From Harriotta raleighana (lineage: Eukaryota): a stretch of 64,000 nucleotides of DNA. The position numbers and the translations under genes are program-made. The DNA lies in assembly GCA_050575255.1 (NCBI GenBank), contig JBNZDD010013732.1, positions 21,276,244 to 21,340,243 on the forward strand, in the 5' to 3' direction. The notes under the pieces are model-generated. The model saw only the letters and a list, made by a program, of their open reading frames with translations, was not told where the DNA came from and did no database searches. This document shows, in pieces, positions 13,501 through 26,731 of the stretch; position 1 is the first letter of the stretch, and every line of letters begins with the position of its first letter.

Positions 13501-16500
13501 GCTTTCGTGTGAAAATGAGTATTGCTCATTTTGTCAGCCTCAGGTTCTGCCACTGTCAAGTGCTCTGAAATGCTATCCTGTGTGAGGATCATTATGCAAA
13601 TATAAGTTTTTGTTTTAGCGTTCTGGTATGCTCTCCCAACGTGAAAGGCGCTTTACAAACGTAATTTTGTTGTTATTGTTTACTGCTCAAAGTGCTTGTT
13701 GCATGATTTGCCTTACCAACTCTGTAGTTCAGGTTCATTTAGGGACATAAGAGTTAATGCAAAAGCTGATACATTCATTATTTTTAATGATGAGAATATG
13801 AGGTCCCAGGTCCACATATATTGTGAAGACAATCTGTTAGTCAGAATTTCCGGTCTTTCCTTTGAGGTGGGACATTTGAATGCAAACACTTTCCACTTGA
13901 AAATAGGGATCAGAAAAAAGTTGAAAAACGGTCACAATTGCTCAGCACCAAATCAACTCTATTTTTCCACCCAAATACATAGCGTTGAATCAAAATGTCA
14001 CTGAAATAGGTTTTTCAACTACTTCCACCAGAGCCCAATACTTGGCCCTTAACATGATAAGTAAAGTAATAATCCAGCCTATTCAGCCAAAATGCTCATG
14101 TAGAATCAATGTAGAGAATTTTTTTTAAAATAAAAAATTTAAAGTTCATGCAAACTGTTTGATGGACATTCCAGAAGCCGCAGTTCACATCTTGGACCTT
14201 TCTGGTTCTTAGCACTACAGTGACAGATCTTGTTAACTAATTGGTGATATTTATCGAAGGAATTGATGGCTTAAAGAAGCTACATTCATTATAAGCAACC
14301 TCTTATCCTTGATCAAATCCCATCTGGCTGGGTACATTTTAGTTGGCACCATCACATTTTCTTTGCTGCTCTCAACTGTGCCACAAATTATTTTTCATTA
14401 CACAGATGTGTTGGTGCACTATTAACATAATCACAGAAAATTGGCCACCATAATGCTCTTAGTTAACCACAAAGCAAATTGAGTGTGCATCATAATACCT
14501 TCCAGGCCAGGAGAATTTCAAGATGGAACAAGCTGACTGAGCTGTCTATTATTTGCAGCGTCTACTGTACTTGTCTATTTTAATTAACTGACTGTAACTC
14601 CACAGCTTCATGCTGTTGCAGTCATACCAAGGTTGTTTACATTAATGCTCATAGCAACTTCAGTGAGCACATTGCAGGGGTTGTTCACAGAAAATCTGAC
14701 GGCTTCTGGATTTACACTGCAGTGCACTGTGGGTTGCCATGTCCATGCACACCGAAACAGGCTGCAGCAGTGCAATTGCATCAGGTCACTGTGCTCAGAA
14801 TCCCGCGCTCATGCCACCTGTTGTCTGAAGTGAGATGGAGTGGGTGGGGTGGAAGGAAACTGTCACAACAGCCAAGTCTTTTGTCCTTGGTCTGTGAAAA
14901 GAGCAGGTTTGAGTGGCTCAATAGCATTTCTCAGAGGATACTTTCATGTTCTTAACCAGTTTTCGTATCATTAGTAACGAGATTGGGAACACTTCATCCA
15001 CCTGGGAATATCTGATGTTGTTCAAACGACAGAGAAGATTTTTTAAAAAAAACAAATGCGGTTTCTGTGTTCAGGTGAATTTGTTTTTCTTCTTTAACCC
15101 TTGCACAGTGATGTTAATGTGTAAGTTGCGAGTTTTGCTGCCCTAGTGATTGATAGCCATCTGTGAGGTCTAAAGGTCCATAACGTGCCATCCACTGAAT
15201 GACTGGAACTCAGCGAAACAAATCTGACCACCCTCATTCAGCTCACATATAATAATAACTAGGCGAGGATGCTACAAACTGAGCCAGGGTGACACCGAAC
15301 AATAAACAAATATATTTGGAGGCTATTCATTGCAGCCAATTATGGATCATAATTGAACCAAAATAATCCAATAGCCTATTCTAACCCGTTGTGGTGCAAA
15401 TAGGACAGTCCTCAACTGCTCATTTATACCTAGTGGCCTTACTTTTTCCATGCCCTGAAAACTCATACCAGAAATGCAGGTTATTCAGGCTAAACTCTAG
15501 CCTGAAACAAAGCTGTTGCAAAGTGCACAAGACATGTGGTTTCTGAAAGCACAGTCTCTGCAATTGATACTAAATCACCGACTGCTGCATTTCTTCCTTG
15601 CTTACAAACTCGGATTCAATCATCGCAAAGTGTTGAGAAAGATAGGCTGTAATATTATCATGCTGAGAAAAACTGAATTTCCTAACATATAGAAGCTCTG
15701 ATTGGTAAAATATATCTCAATATCATTTCAATCCTAGTATACATCCCTCTGGTCCACTCATGTGGGACATAACTCGATTCTAACCAATCATTACTCCTGT
15801 CAGCAAGAAAAATGTCAAATGGGTAAGAAATGACTATCTTTCTATATATTACAAAGACCATTGTGCACTGGAGTGTATTCCTAGGATTAACCCAATGAAA
15901 GGTTCAGATTTTCCAACTTCATTCCTAAACTATGGTCATCCGAACCGCTCAGTTTGTATGACAGATCATTTAAAAATTCCCCAGATTTATTTACTTCAAT
16001 GTCATTTTATTTATTTTTCTTGCACAGCAAGTGTCATACTCTAAGTGCATGCACCACATGACGATTATAGCAAAGCACTACTTTCATGACCTGATGGCCC
16101 AAAGTCTAAACATGGTGATAAAAAGTCAAAACTATGTGACTAAATGGTGAATTATTATTACAATTCAGTTGAAACTTCTACGATAGTTGTGGAAATGACT
16201 TACATTTGTTTTACTTGACAAATAACATTATTGTGTAGTAACTTCATTGTTCAAGCTGCAGATCCACAGACGTATTTGTGCTACTTTATTCCAAGTTGCC
16301 AATATTATTCTAAATTCTATTTATCGCTTTAGATCAGGCATAAATATGTGAACTGCTGCTACATTTACAGCTTTGGACCTAGCACCAACAGTGTCGTCAT
16401 CTGTAAACCTCAACTTCACAGAAATAAGCAATTTCTCAATGATGTTTTCCAGTTGCTGGCATCAAATAGATTTTGTTTTAGAAAAAAATATTAAATCGCT

Positions 16501-17974
16501 CTAAATTAGCCCCAGATGTTTGTTTATTTGTTCCAGTAAACTTTAAATGTTTTGTGTGTTGTGAAATCTGAATTTCCTGTGAAAAACAGCCACAAATAAA
16601 CTGCAACAACACGCAATACGTCCCCTGGGTGCTTTCAGTGACAGTTTTCTGCCTAACCCTGGATGTTGCTACACAGACGTGCATTGTATTGTGGAACACT
16701 CCCTGGATTTATTTTCAATACACTCATTTGTTATGAGACAGTGAACTATTGGGATCTTATTCAGTTTAAGATGCTAAAAGAATGTCAGTTAAAATGCTTT
16801 AACTTAATTTATTAAAGTTAACATGGGGATGGGTGGAGGGTGGGTCTGAGTGAAGTGCAATAGATGCTCACGTTGTCAAGCCCTGAGATGCAGTTGAGAG
16901 TGGGAAAGATTTACAATTGTGACTCACGGATGCATTTGTTAAAGGAAAATCCTGATGGGTGATCTGGGTTGCAGAGCTGTAATTATTGTACAGTATTATA
17001 GTCCAGCACCTTGATACTCCTTCCCGACATGAAAGGTGTTACACAAATCTAATTTGGTTGTTTTTGTAACTCAACCAAACTAACTACTGTACACAACTCC
17101 TGGATTTGGTATAAATATTAATTGAGCATTTTATTTTACTCCTGGGATATTGCCATACAATGTGNTGCCCTACTGTAATATCCTAGCACTGCAACTTGTG
17201 CAGAGTTGTTTGAGGAATAAATTGACAATGTATTTGAAAACATCACTGTTGATAACAACTTTCAGAGACTTCAATGTCAAACTTCTTTACAACTGCAATG
17301 ACTTGAAAAAGTGCCTTTACTAGAACTGTGTTATTTATAAACGAGGGTAATCATTGTCCACAGTAACTCCATCTTACAGCATATTTTATGAAGTGATTTA
17401 AGATGTTCTCTCCATGTGAAAAGCATGATATATGTAAGGATTATTATGCTGACTATAAATATGATCTTTGCTGGTTGACCAATTGGATTATTATTGTTAT
17501 ATCTTGTTGTTTCCTTATATATGAAGGTGGTGATAGTTCATACATTGGGCAATTTCTGAAATCCATTTTTGGAAATAAAGATCTTCTACCTATGAAACTT
17601 ATGAAAACATTACAAACATATTGACTCGGCCAGGCATAATGTCTCAGTTGAGGCTGACAACAGGTTCCCTTGATCCCAGCTTCTACTTGCTAGGCCAGAC
17701 TGTGGTTTTGATCGCCTTGGGACATCCTGACGTGAAAGGCACTACCCAAGTGTAATTTTGTTGTTGTTGTTATTGATGTCAGAGACTTACTTGCCCACAG
17801 TTATGATGCAACCATATCAATCATCATTCTGCAGGTCTTTCACTGTAAACAGTTATTAACTTTCCCACTCCATCCCAATGAACTAGTAGGTAAATACATG
17901 ATGCAGAGACTTGCAGAGACTTCAATCTCCAAAGCAATGGAAAGGATGGCACAAATAAATACAGTACTTGTGTA

Positions 17975-18200
17975 AAGGATGGAAACCAGAGTTCCCATGA
18001 CTGATGACCTTCACTGAAAAGTGTACAGTTGGAGCTCTGGTGAGGATAAGATTGGGTGTCCTTCTTGGTCAGTGCTCGGTGTTTGGACTCATACCAGAAC
18101 AAATACCATTCCAACCAAGTAATGGCTGGCAGCAGAGATCTTGCTACCAAGTCTAAGCAAGAATTGGCTCCTTTAGGAAAGAATAGAAAATTGGAGGATG
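17975..18200 (+). mobile_element. Degenerate AmnSINE2-like SINE, 3' half
   Basis: CCAGAGTTCCC...GACCTTCACTGAAAAGTGT...GGTGAGGATAAGATTGGG and a purine-rich end similar to the 43240 copy. Confidence 0.4.
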
Positions 18201-19024
18201 TAAAGCAAACAAAACAAAGGAGGAAAACACAGCAATTAAAAGGGTAAAGTAATTATTTGAATGTGCTGGAGTAAATAATGCCTCACTAACAGAAAACAAT
18301 AAATTTGCCTTCAGATTACAAATCTATGAGACACCAATACAAGCGTTCATTTTGCTAAAATCAAACAAACATCATTCCCCCCAATGTGCTGCCATTAAAA
18401 TGGAGAAGAAAACTGTTGCACACCAGGTGTGAACAAACCTGGCACATGGGATAAAAACAACTTTGAAAATGCATTAAACTATAAGCTAGTACAGTATATT
18501 TAAAATTTCAAAAGCTCCGATCACACAGATAGACAGTCAAAAAAGTAGGTATCTTTGTGCCTTGGTTTTTTCCCATATCTGTTTTGTGAATGGGATTCAT
18601 TTTCAGATGTAAGGTCAACTAATAAAAGATTTTCAAAGCAAAGGGCTCTAAAGAATTATTTGTATTCTCAGAGAAAAAAATGAATCCAACTTTGTTCCCT
18701 ATGAATTGATGCAACTTGGAAAGTGAGCATCGATTACAACAGTTCTTGCCAAGTCTTCTGACAGAAAAGGTTTCACGTGACAAAGCAGCTTGAAAATAAT
18801 AATAAGAAAATTACACACACACACTTACGTTATTGTAAAGCTGAAAACATGTTTGTGCAAAGTTCCAAACAAAGCTTCAAGTTTTTGCTTTCGACATTTA
18901 GAACATCCCCTCCAATCAACAAATGCAAAGGGCTACACGGGAAACGTGTACTTAGAACACTGGCAAAGAAATCTCACTTCATCTACCAGCACCTTCTGCC
19001 CATCGCTACTTCTAAAACAACATT

Positions 19025-19165
19025 CTAATAATAATATTTCTCAGATTTGATATAACGCCTTATCACGTCTTCGAGGAGTCTCAAAGAGCTTCACAAAATA
19101 TACTGTAAATTGGACTGACTGTGTATTTTATAGGCGAAAATGGCACCCAATTGCATGCAGCAGTA
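19025..19165 (-). mobile_element. Deu-SINE 3' half
   Basis: ATTTGATATAACGCCTTATCACGTCTTCGAGGAGTCTCAAAGAGCTTCAC...GCAGCAGT, the reverse complement of the family tail. Confidence 0.8.
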
Positions 19166-19732
19166 ACTGGGCTGTGCACTAATATTAATTGGGTTATGCA
19201 CATACTGAATGATAAGGATTAAATCCCAGATCTGAATGCCATGTTACTAGACTGTGTGCATCATGGGGAAAAGTGGCAAGGGACAGAGTTTAATTATGGC
19301 AAAAGGATTATGAGAAGCCAGTTTATGATTAAATGCTAAGATGTTATGACAAGTTTAGAAGGTGGTTTCACCTTCAAGCTTACGATAATTTCTCACACCT
19401 TCGCACTGCAGAACTACTCAGTTAACACCTCAATTCTATGGTGTGGGTGAAATATCCCAAAAGACATATTGATACAGAGCTAAGAATCTTTATCTTGAAT
19501 CTATATCTGTTGATGAACTCAACTGAATACATGCTTGAAAAAGACCAGCGCAGTTTGCTTCAGTAATTGGAAACAATGGACACGATTTTGTACTGCAATT
19601 ACATAATATTTAAACTCACATGGTAATCAAAGACAATTTACTGCAAAACAACCTGAAGGCACCAATAATTAAATACTTCCGATGTTTGATAACGATCATG
19701 TCAGTTCTAAGCCAATTTGCTAACCAATCAAT

Positions 19733-20085
19733 CAAAATTACATTTACAGCTCCTTTCATGTTGGGAGGACGTCCTAAGGTGCTGTACAGTCAAGTAGGGA
19801 TCAGAGCAAGGGACGGAGGGTCAGGGGAAGGAAAGTAGGAAAAATTGACTGTATATTGTGGGCGAAAACACGGCAGCCAAATGGCGCACAGCAGTGTCAC
19901 ACAAACAGTCATGGAAGTGGGGTTAGGGGAGAAAGGGGGGAAAGATGGCAAGGGGTGGCTCGGGGTAGGGGGAAAGAGAATAGGAAAAACCAACTGTATA
20001 TTTGTGGGCAAAACGCGGCAGCCAAAGTCCGCACAGCAGTGTCCCACAAACAGTCTCGGAAGTGGGGCAGAGAGAAAAGAGGGTA
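19733..20085 (-). mobile_element. Composite SINE: LINE2 tail plus two tandem Deu cores (duplicated at 21103-21455)
   Basis: LINE2 tail AAATTACATTTACAGCTCCTTTCATGTTGGGAGGACGTCC, then two copies of CTGTATATT(T)GTGGGC..AAAC.CGGCAGCCAAA...GCACAGCAGTGTC.CACAAACAGTC. Confidence 0.75.
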
Positions 20086-20264
20086 ACCAAAAGACAAATG
20101 TGCAAGTAAATAGTGCATGTTGACTCATCTCAGATCACGAACATAAGGAGTCATAAGATTAGACATTTTCAGTTTATCGATGTTCACGTGTTCAACAATG
20201 AAAGATCCTAAAAATATAATTTTTAAATTGACCCAGACTGTGACTCATCTACATTTAGCAATCA

Positions 20265-20690
20265 GAATCTACCTCAAAATACAAGATGCTGGTCCTCACC
20301 TTTAAACCCCTTGATGGCCTTGCCCCACCCTACCTCTGCGACCTCTAAGCCCCTATCAACCTGTCCACTCCATCCGCTCAGTGGGCTTCAGCCTGCTCCA
20401 TGTCCCCAGACGCACCTGCTTCACATCGGTGACCAAGCCTTCAGCCATTTTGCCCCCAATCTCTGAAATTTCATCATGCAATCCCATCACCTCATCCCCT
20501 CCCTAGCCTCCTTCAAGTCCCACCTCAAGACTCCCCTCTTCAATGGTGCCATCGGTTACCTCTCCTGCTCCCCCTTCCCTTAACCCAGCCCGATCCCGAC
20601 CCCAGCTCGGATCTGAAATCTCTGATTGTCCAGCTCATTGGCAAATACTCCTGACATGAAAGGTGCTATGCAAATGTAATTTTGTTGATG
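20265..20690 (+). mobile_element. LINE2 3' fragment (duplicated at 21635-22060)
   Basis: Encodes KYKMLVLTFKPLDGLAPPYLCDL, the LINE2 ORF2 C-terminus; ends in CCTGACATGAAAGGTGCTATGCAAATGTAATTTTGTTG. Confidence 0.85.
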
Positions 20691-22992
20691 TTTTTCTATG
20701 AGATTACAAAATCTGATTGTTTGTATCACCAAATCCAACACCAGATTTGAAGTATCACAAACTNACACCTTCGCACTGCAGAACTACTCAGTTAACACCT
20801 CAATTCTATGGTGTGGGTGAAATATCCCAAAAGACATATTGATACAGAGCTAAGAATCTTTATCTTGAATCTATATCTGTTGATGAACTCAACTGAATAC
20901 ATGCTTGAAAAAGACCAGCGCAGTTTGCTTCAGTAATTGGAAACAATGGACACGATTTTGTACTGCAATTACATAATATTTAAACTCACATGGTAATCAA
21001 AGACAATTTACTGCAAAACAACCTGAAGGCACCAATAATTAAATACTTCCGATGTTTGATAACGATCATGTCAGTTCTAAGCCAATTTGCTAACCAATCA
21101 ATCAAAATTACATTTACAGCTCCTTTCATGTTGGGAGGACGTCCTAAGGTGCTGTACAGTCAAGTAGGGATCAGAGCAAGGGACGGAGGGTCAGGGGAAG
21201 GAAAGTAGGAAAAATTGACTGTATATTGTGGGCGAAAACACGGCAGCCAAATGGCGCACAGCAGTGTCACACAAACAGTCATGGAAGTGGGGTTAGGGGA
21301 GAAAGGGGGGAAAGATGGCAAGGGGTGGCTCGGGGTAGGGGGAAAGAGAATAGGAAAAACCAACTGTATATTTGTGGGCAAAACGCGGCAGCCAAAGTCC
21401 GCACAGCAGTGTCCCACAAACAGTCTCGGAAGTGGGGCAGAGAGAAAAGAGGGTAACCAAAAGACAAATGTGCAAGTAAATAGTGCATGTTGACTCATCT
21501 CAGATCACGAACATAAGGAGTCATAAGATTAGACATTTTCAGTTTATCGATGTTCACGTGTTCAACAATGAAAGATCCTAAAAATATAATTTTTAAATTG
21601 ACCCAGACTGTGACTCATCTACATTTAGCAATCAGAATCTACCTCAAAATACAAGATGCTGGTCCTCACCTTTAAACCCCTTGATGGCCTTGCCCCACCC
21701 TACCTCTGCGACCTCTAAGCCCCTATCAACCTGTCCACTCCATCCGCTCAGTGGGCTTCAGCCTGCTCCATGTCCCCAGACGCACCTGCTTCACATCGGT
21801 GACCAAGCCTTCAGCCATTTTGCCCCCAATCTCTGAAATTTCATCATGCAATCCCATCACCTCATCCCCTCCCTAGCCTCCTTCAAGTCCCACCTCAAGA
21901 CTCCCCTCTTCAATGGTGCCATCGGTTACCTCTCCTGCTCCCCCTTCCCTTAACCCAGCCCGATCCCGACCCCAGCTCGGATCTGAAATCTCTGATTGTC
22001 CAGCTCATTGGCAAATACTCCTGACATGAAAGGTGCTATGCAAATGTAATTTTGTTGATGTTTTTCTATGAGATTACAAAATCTGATTGTTTGTATCACC
22101 AAATCCAACACCAGATTTGAAGTATCACAAACTTCTCTTCCAAATAAACTTTCAGGAATTAGATAAATGCAGCATTGCTATCCATTTCTCTCCTCCTGCA
22201 CATCACAATATAAATTAAAAGAGTTGATAAATCACCTGGGAACGTACGCTCAAAAAAGCCAAAACCTACTCTTTAAGGAAATGTACTTCCTCATCCCCTT
22301 CCCAAGAAAACAACAGAAGGACAATGAAACATGGTTCCCACCCATGCCAGCCGTAAAGCAGGGTGAATACATTAGTACAAAGAATAGCACAGATGTATTT
22401 CAATTTGAACAATCAGGACAGTTACTTAATATTCCAACAACTGAAGAAGTCCCCAAAAAGTATCCAAAGGTGAATATTTGAAACAAAAAAAATCAGTTTA
22501 TAGATAAAAGTATAGGCATACAGTACATATGGTTTCACTGCATCAGTTTTGAAAAGGAACCAAGTGTTTGAAGGGGGAACATTACTCCCTGAGTTCAAAG
22601 AAAATATGATAAATTGTTTCAAAGTTACTGAATTGACAAGACATTCTTTACAGTGCACACAGACAATGACGAATTTCCAGCAGCTCCAATTTCTGAAGCG
22701 ACCTAATGCTTCTGAATTTCTAAAGTTGTGTAGCAACTGTTGGACCTTGGATCGGTTGTCAGCAATATCCACTTACTTATTGGGGAAGGGAGAGAATGGG
22801 GAGGGGTAAATTCTATGTACAGTAATCCTTGCATTTGATAGAATAATCTTAACACATTCTCAGAAAACTTCATAGGATTTTATTTTGAAGTGTAGTGACT
22901 GGTTGCAGGTGGTGGATGATGATGGGGAGGCTTTGCAGTATTTCCTATTAATAAAGAAACCTGTACGAAAGCCAATATGCAGTTGTTTCTCA

Positions 22993-23400
22993 CAACAACA
23001 ACAAAATAATATATGGATGGCGCCTTTCACTCCAGGATGACGTCCCGATGCGCTGGACGCGAGCTGGGGTCGGAATTAGGAAAGGTAAAGGGATGGGAGG
23101 GGAAAGGAGGTGACTCATGGCATGTTCAAAGAGGAAGGTCTTGAGGCGGGACTTGGAAGAGGCTAGGTGTGGGTGAGGTGGAGGGATTGCGGATTGGAAT
23201 TTCAGAGGTTGGGGACAGAATGGCGGAAGGCTCGCTCACTGATAGTGGGGCAGGTGAGTTGGGGACATGGAGAAGGCCAGAGACTGCTGAGTGGAGAGAG
23301 TGGTAAGGATGGTAGAGAGTTAGGAGGTCACAGAGTTTGGGTGGGGCAAGACCAGGGAGGGCTTTAATAGTGAGGACCAGAATTGTCAAGTTTATTTGGG
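22993..23400 (-). mobile_element. LINE2 3' fragment
   Basis: ORF 23126..23419 contains ILVLTIKALPGLAPPKLCDLLTLYHPYHSLHS; (ACA)n tail at the low-coordinate end. Confidence 0.85.
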
Positions 23401-23409
23401 GGAGTTTTA

Positions 23410-23545
23410 GCATGGACATTCAGGAGTAACTCCCTTCTGCTTTCAAATAGTGCCCTGGGAGCTTTAATGTTCTCCTCTACAGGCAGAAGAGGCCTCAGTT
23501 TAAAATCTAATTTGAAGGGCAAAACAATGGAGCACTGCAATGGAC
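23410..23545 (-). mobile_element. Deu-domain SINE fragment (older SacSINE1/AmnSINE1-like)
   Basis: AACTCCCTTCTGCTTTCAAATAGTGCCCTGGGA...AGGCAGAAGAGGCCTCAGTTTAA is the reverse complement of the Deu domain. Confidence 0.65.
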
Positions 23546-25121
23546 ACGTCTTTTGAGATGACTCTTTCAATCCCTACCGTTTTGTCTAGCTGTAATGTAA
23601 GGCAATGTAAGGAAGTTTTACTCCTATTTTACAAAGTGGATGGTGGGAATTAGAAGAAAAGCAAGTTAGCCAAAGGTTCTAAGCAATTATTAAATGATAG
23701 AAAAATAGAATGGATAGTAAACACTAAAAATATAGTTAAGGAACAAAAAAAGAGAAATTGAGGCATAAATCATAATAGGGCAATACATGTTGACTTTGTA
23801 AATCAAAGTCGTGAGGTCCTAGACTCAAGCATACGCATCTGATTCTATCTCCACACATTTTTCCTACCTTAAACCCATGCATCTGCTTGCACTTGATTAA
23901 GAAGTGATCCAATGTCCATTTAAATCTTTTTGTTGATGGATAATGTTGTATGTTTCAATGGGGCACAGGATAAAGTAGCTAGATTGGAATATTTTACAAC
24001 ATTGAATACAGTCTCTGAAAGTCCAAAGCTTACACTGAAGTATTTTGTTTTGCTGTAAAACCTTGAGATCTTGTTGTAGCAATATGTCAATGCAGTGTTA
24101 AATTTACATATGTGTCATTTTTGTTCTGATTCTGAATACAACTTGACAGACCCATGAAGACTGTGTGGTTGTTCAGTCAAATGGCAGGACAGAACTAGAC
24201 AGAGCTGAACAAAAAAAGCGCAGCAACTTTTAGGAAGAAAACATTTGTAGGGTATGATATACCAGAATCTCAGAATTCAATCACCTAAAAATGTGTTTGC
24301 TGATCGCATGTTGGAAAATAGCCATTGTTAAATGTGATTATTTTCTACAGTGAATTGTCAGAGTTTTGTTTATAGTGCACCTTACCTTTTTAAAAATCAT
24401 CATAACACACATGAAAATGAAATTATTTTTAACTTATGTGCAATAATTCTACAAAGAGCTTTGCAGTGTTCTATACAATAGATTTGTTTCTCTTAGACAA
24501 CTTAGTGATAGGGTTACTATGCAAGATTGCTTTGGAAATATTTAAAACAAGAGAATCAACCACAATAGCTTTAACATATTTGTATCAGAACACATCAAAG
24601 ATGCAGACAAAACGTAGGCTGTTAAATCTCTGGTTGCAGAGTACTTAAAATTGCAGAGTACTTGCCAAAGGCTGTCACTCATTTATATGGGAAACAAAGG
24701 AATTCAGCTTTCAGGAAAATATTCAGTTGACCTGAGCAGCAGATAATTTTACTCTGTGATAGACGATAATATTTCAGTACACTGCTGAGTTGGAAGAAAT
24801 AAATAATTTGCGCAGCCCTTGGGATGCGCATTTATGGCAAACCTCCAGATAAACGCAATGGTAAGTTAGTATTAATTGAAAAAAGACTTGACATGCCCAA
24901 ATATTTTACTCTTTCTGTTTTTCTATATAAATAATAATAAATTTATAACGTGCCAGCTCTCTGACCAGCTTCCTGTGAGAGGTCTGTGGTACATTATCAC
25001 TATATTGTCTGTATTGTGGAGCAAACCTGAGTCAACTTCATACAATTCAGCAGCATTTTGTCTGAGCTTTAGTTCTTTGGTCAGCTGAAGTATCTAACAC
25101 AAGCCCTTCATCACCGTGCTT

Positions 25122-25423
25122 AATAACAATTATAATCCTTGCATTTGCTATAGCGCTTTTCACGACTTCAAGACGTCTTAAAGCACTTCATAGAATATAC
25201 TGTAAAGTGAATTGACTGTATATTTTGTGAGCAAAATACGGCAAACAATTGCACACAGCAGTATCCCACAAACAGTCGGGGATTGAAGTGACCAATTTTT
25301 TTTTTAGGGATTATTAAGCATGTTATCAGACAAGGAAACCTTCCCAAGGTTTCCTCCCATCTGGGAACAAACTCTAGTTTCTCTCTTGGAAGGCAAGGGC
25401 TCTAACCACTGAGCTACAAGACT
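25122..25423 (-). mobile_element. Near full-length tRNA-headed Deu-SINE
   Basis: Minus strand head TGTAGCTCAGTGGTTAGAGCCCTTGCCTTCCAAG (A box; Gly-TCC-like loop), then the Deu core and LINE2-derived tail. Confidence 0.9.
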
Positions 25424-25452
25424 TAAGAAATATCCAAACCAGAGTGAGTATT

Positions 25453-25454
25453 CC

Positions 25455-25491
<37 letters not shown>

Positions 25492-25500
25492 CATACACAC
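25453..25500. repeat. (TA)n/(TACA)n microsatellite
   Basis: Directly visible. Confidence 0.9.
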
Positions 25501-26643
25501 CACCTACACATGGAAATTTCCCCAGGTTGTGGAATGGAATACACACTCCATGCTTACTTAAATCTGTATTAGGTACAGGTTGGCAGTGTGAAGTACAAAT
25601 TGGCAAGGGTCAATGTTTCAGAATCACAGAATAGGTGATGAGGTGATTGGAGTTTTGCTGGAGTTTAACCAGCAAAAATCTCAAACTTCTGGTTAGGACC
25701 ACCACAGGCTTGTCCAACTATCTGTTAGGGCTATGGCTTGCAGGATTAACAGGGGGCAGAGTCCCTGGGAGGAATCCCTGTTCCTAAAAACGGTCCTGTT
25801 CTCCAAATCCTGCCGCTGAGCCAGGCTGGCCGGACTACCATCACCAGACTCACGTTGGAGTCCTGTGGACTGGACTACTGAGACTGCCACAAAGGAGTGA
25901 TTCAATTCTGACATCCGATTGCCTACTTTGGTCTGAGGTGCTGAACGTGAAGTGAAAATGATATTTTGCAAACTAGGTGCCATCACTGAGTTGGCCCATC
26001 GCCAATTTAATCCAGCACCCTCCTCTTCTTGCAAGCAATTCATGTCAAAACCTAATCCAATTTTATCATGTTTGGTAAGAGAACTGAATACAAATGGAGC
26101 TATTCTAATCTTTGGCATTTTGTCATATCTCAATGTTACTTTTGCTAAAAAGTGAATGCTACAACACATTGCATTCATAACTTTTCATTATATAAAACAT
26201 TCTTCATTTTTCTTCAATAATAATAACAATAGAAGCTGATAAATATATAATTTAACCAACAGTAAGAAATTTGGTGTTAGCCACTGTATTGCAAAAACAT
26301 TCCTTTAGCTATGAAAATTAAACATGGACTGTTAAATGTGGATAATGGTCAGGTCACTACCAATTAAAACTAATGCAGAATTGATGTATAGATTAGTCAG
26401 AGATATTCATTGCAATACATCTGTAACTCATAAACTAGGAAATGGGTGCTCAAGCTAATAATCTCTATGCCAATATTAATAACTAAATAAATTCAGTGGC
26501 AAGGATAAATATTTTGGGCCTTTAATATGTACATCAAATAAGTGAATCATATTCCTGTGCTTGTGAGTTATTTGCTTCTATTAAAATTTCCATTTTCAAA
26601 TATGTATGTTTCTTACCTATGTCTCTCCCACCTTGTGACTTAC

Positions 26644-26731
26644 CTCTGTGATTGGAGGGATCCCGGTTTGCTTGCGGCAATGGGGTGTACTCCTGCGAGG
26701 CTGGTGTGCTGGAGCCAAAGCCACTGGAAGC
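26644..26731 (-). CDS. Candidate isolated 88-bp internal exon of an unidentified gene
   Basis: Minus strand: acceptor TTGTTTATCATGCAG| and donor GAG|GTAAGT. GC-rich with CpGs in AT-rich flanks. All three frames are open (phase 0: ASSGFGSSTPASQEYTPLPQANRDPSNHR). Confidence 0.55.

Larger units (their letters stand above)
19395..22133. repeat. Apparently identical 1369-bp tandem duplication across a single N (19395-20763 / 20765-22133); probable assembly artefact
   Basis: ORF-track entries repeat identically at offset 1370; the join is the N at 20764. Confidence 0.95.

Noticed and set aside
19620-21498. Paired identical ORFs suggesting a gene duplication
   Set aside because: They derive from SINE/LINE2 sequence within an artefactual duplication across the N at 20764.
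24778-24866. Plus-strand AG...ATG|GTAAGT exon-like segment
   Set aside because: Stop codons in all three frames and a weak acceptor.
25693-26178. Longest ORF in the track (161 aa, minus strand)
   Set aside because: No recognisable domain and no convincing splice signals; length is compatible with chance.
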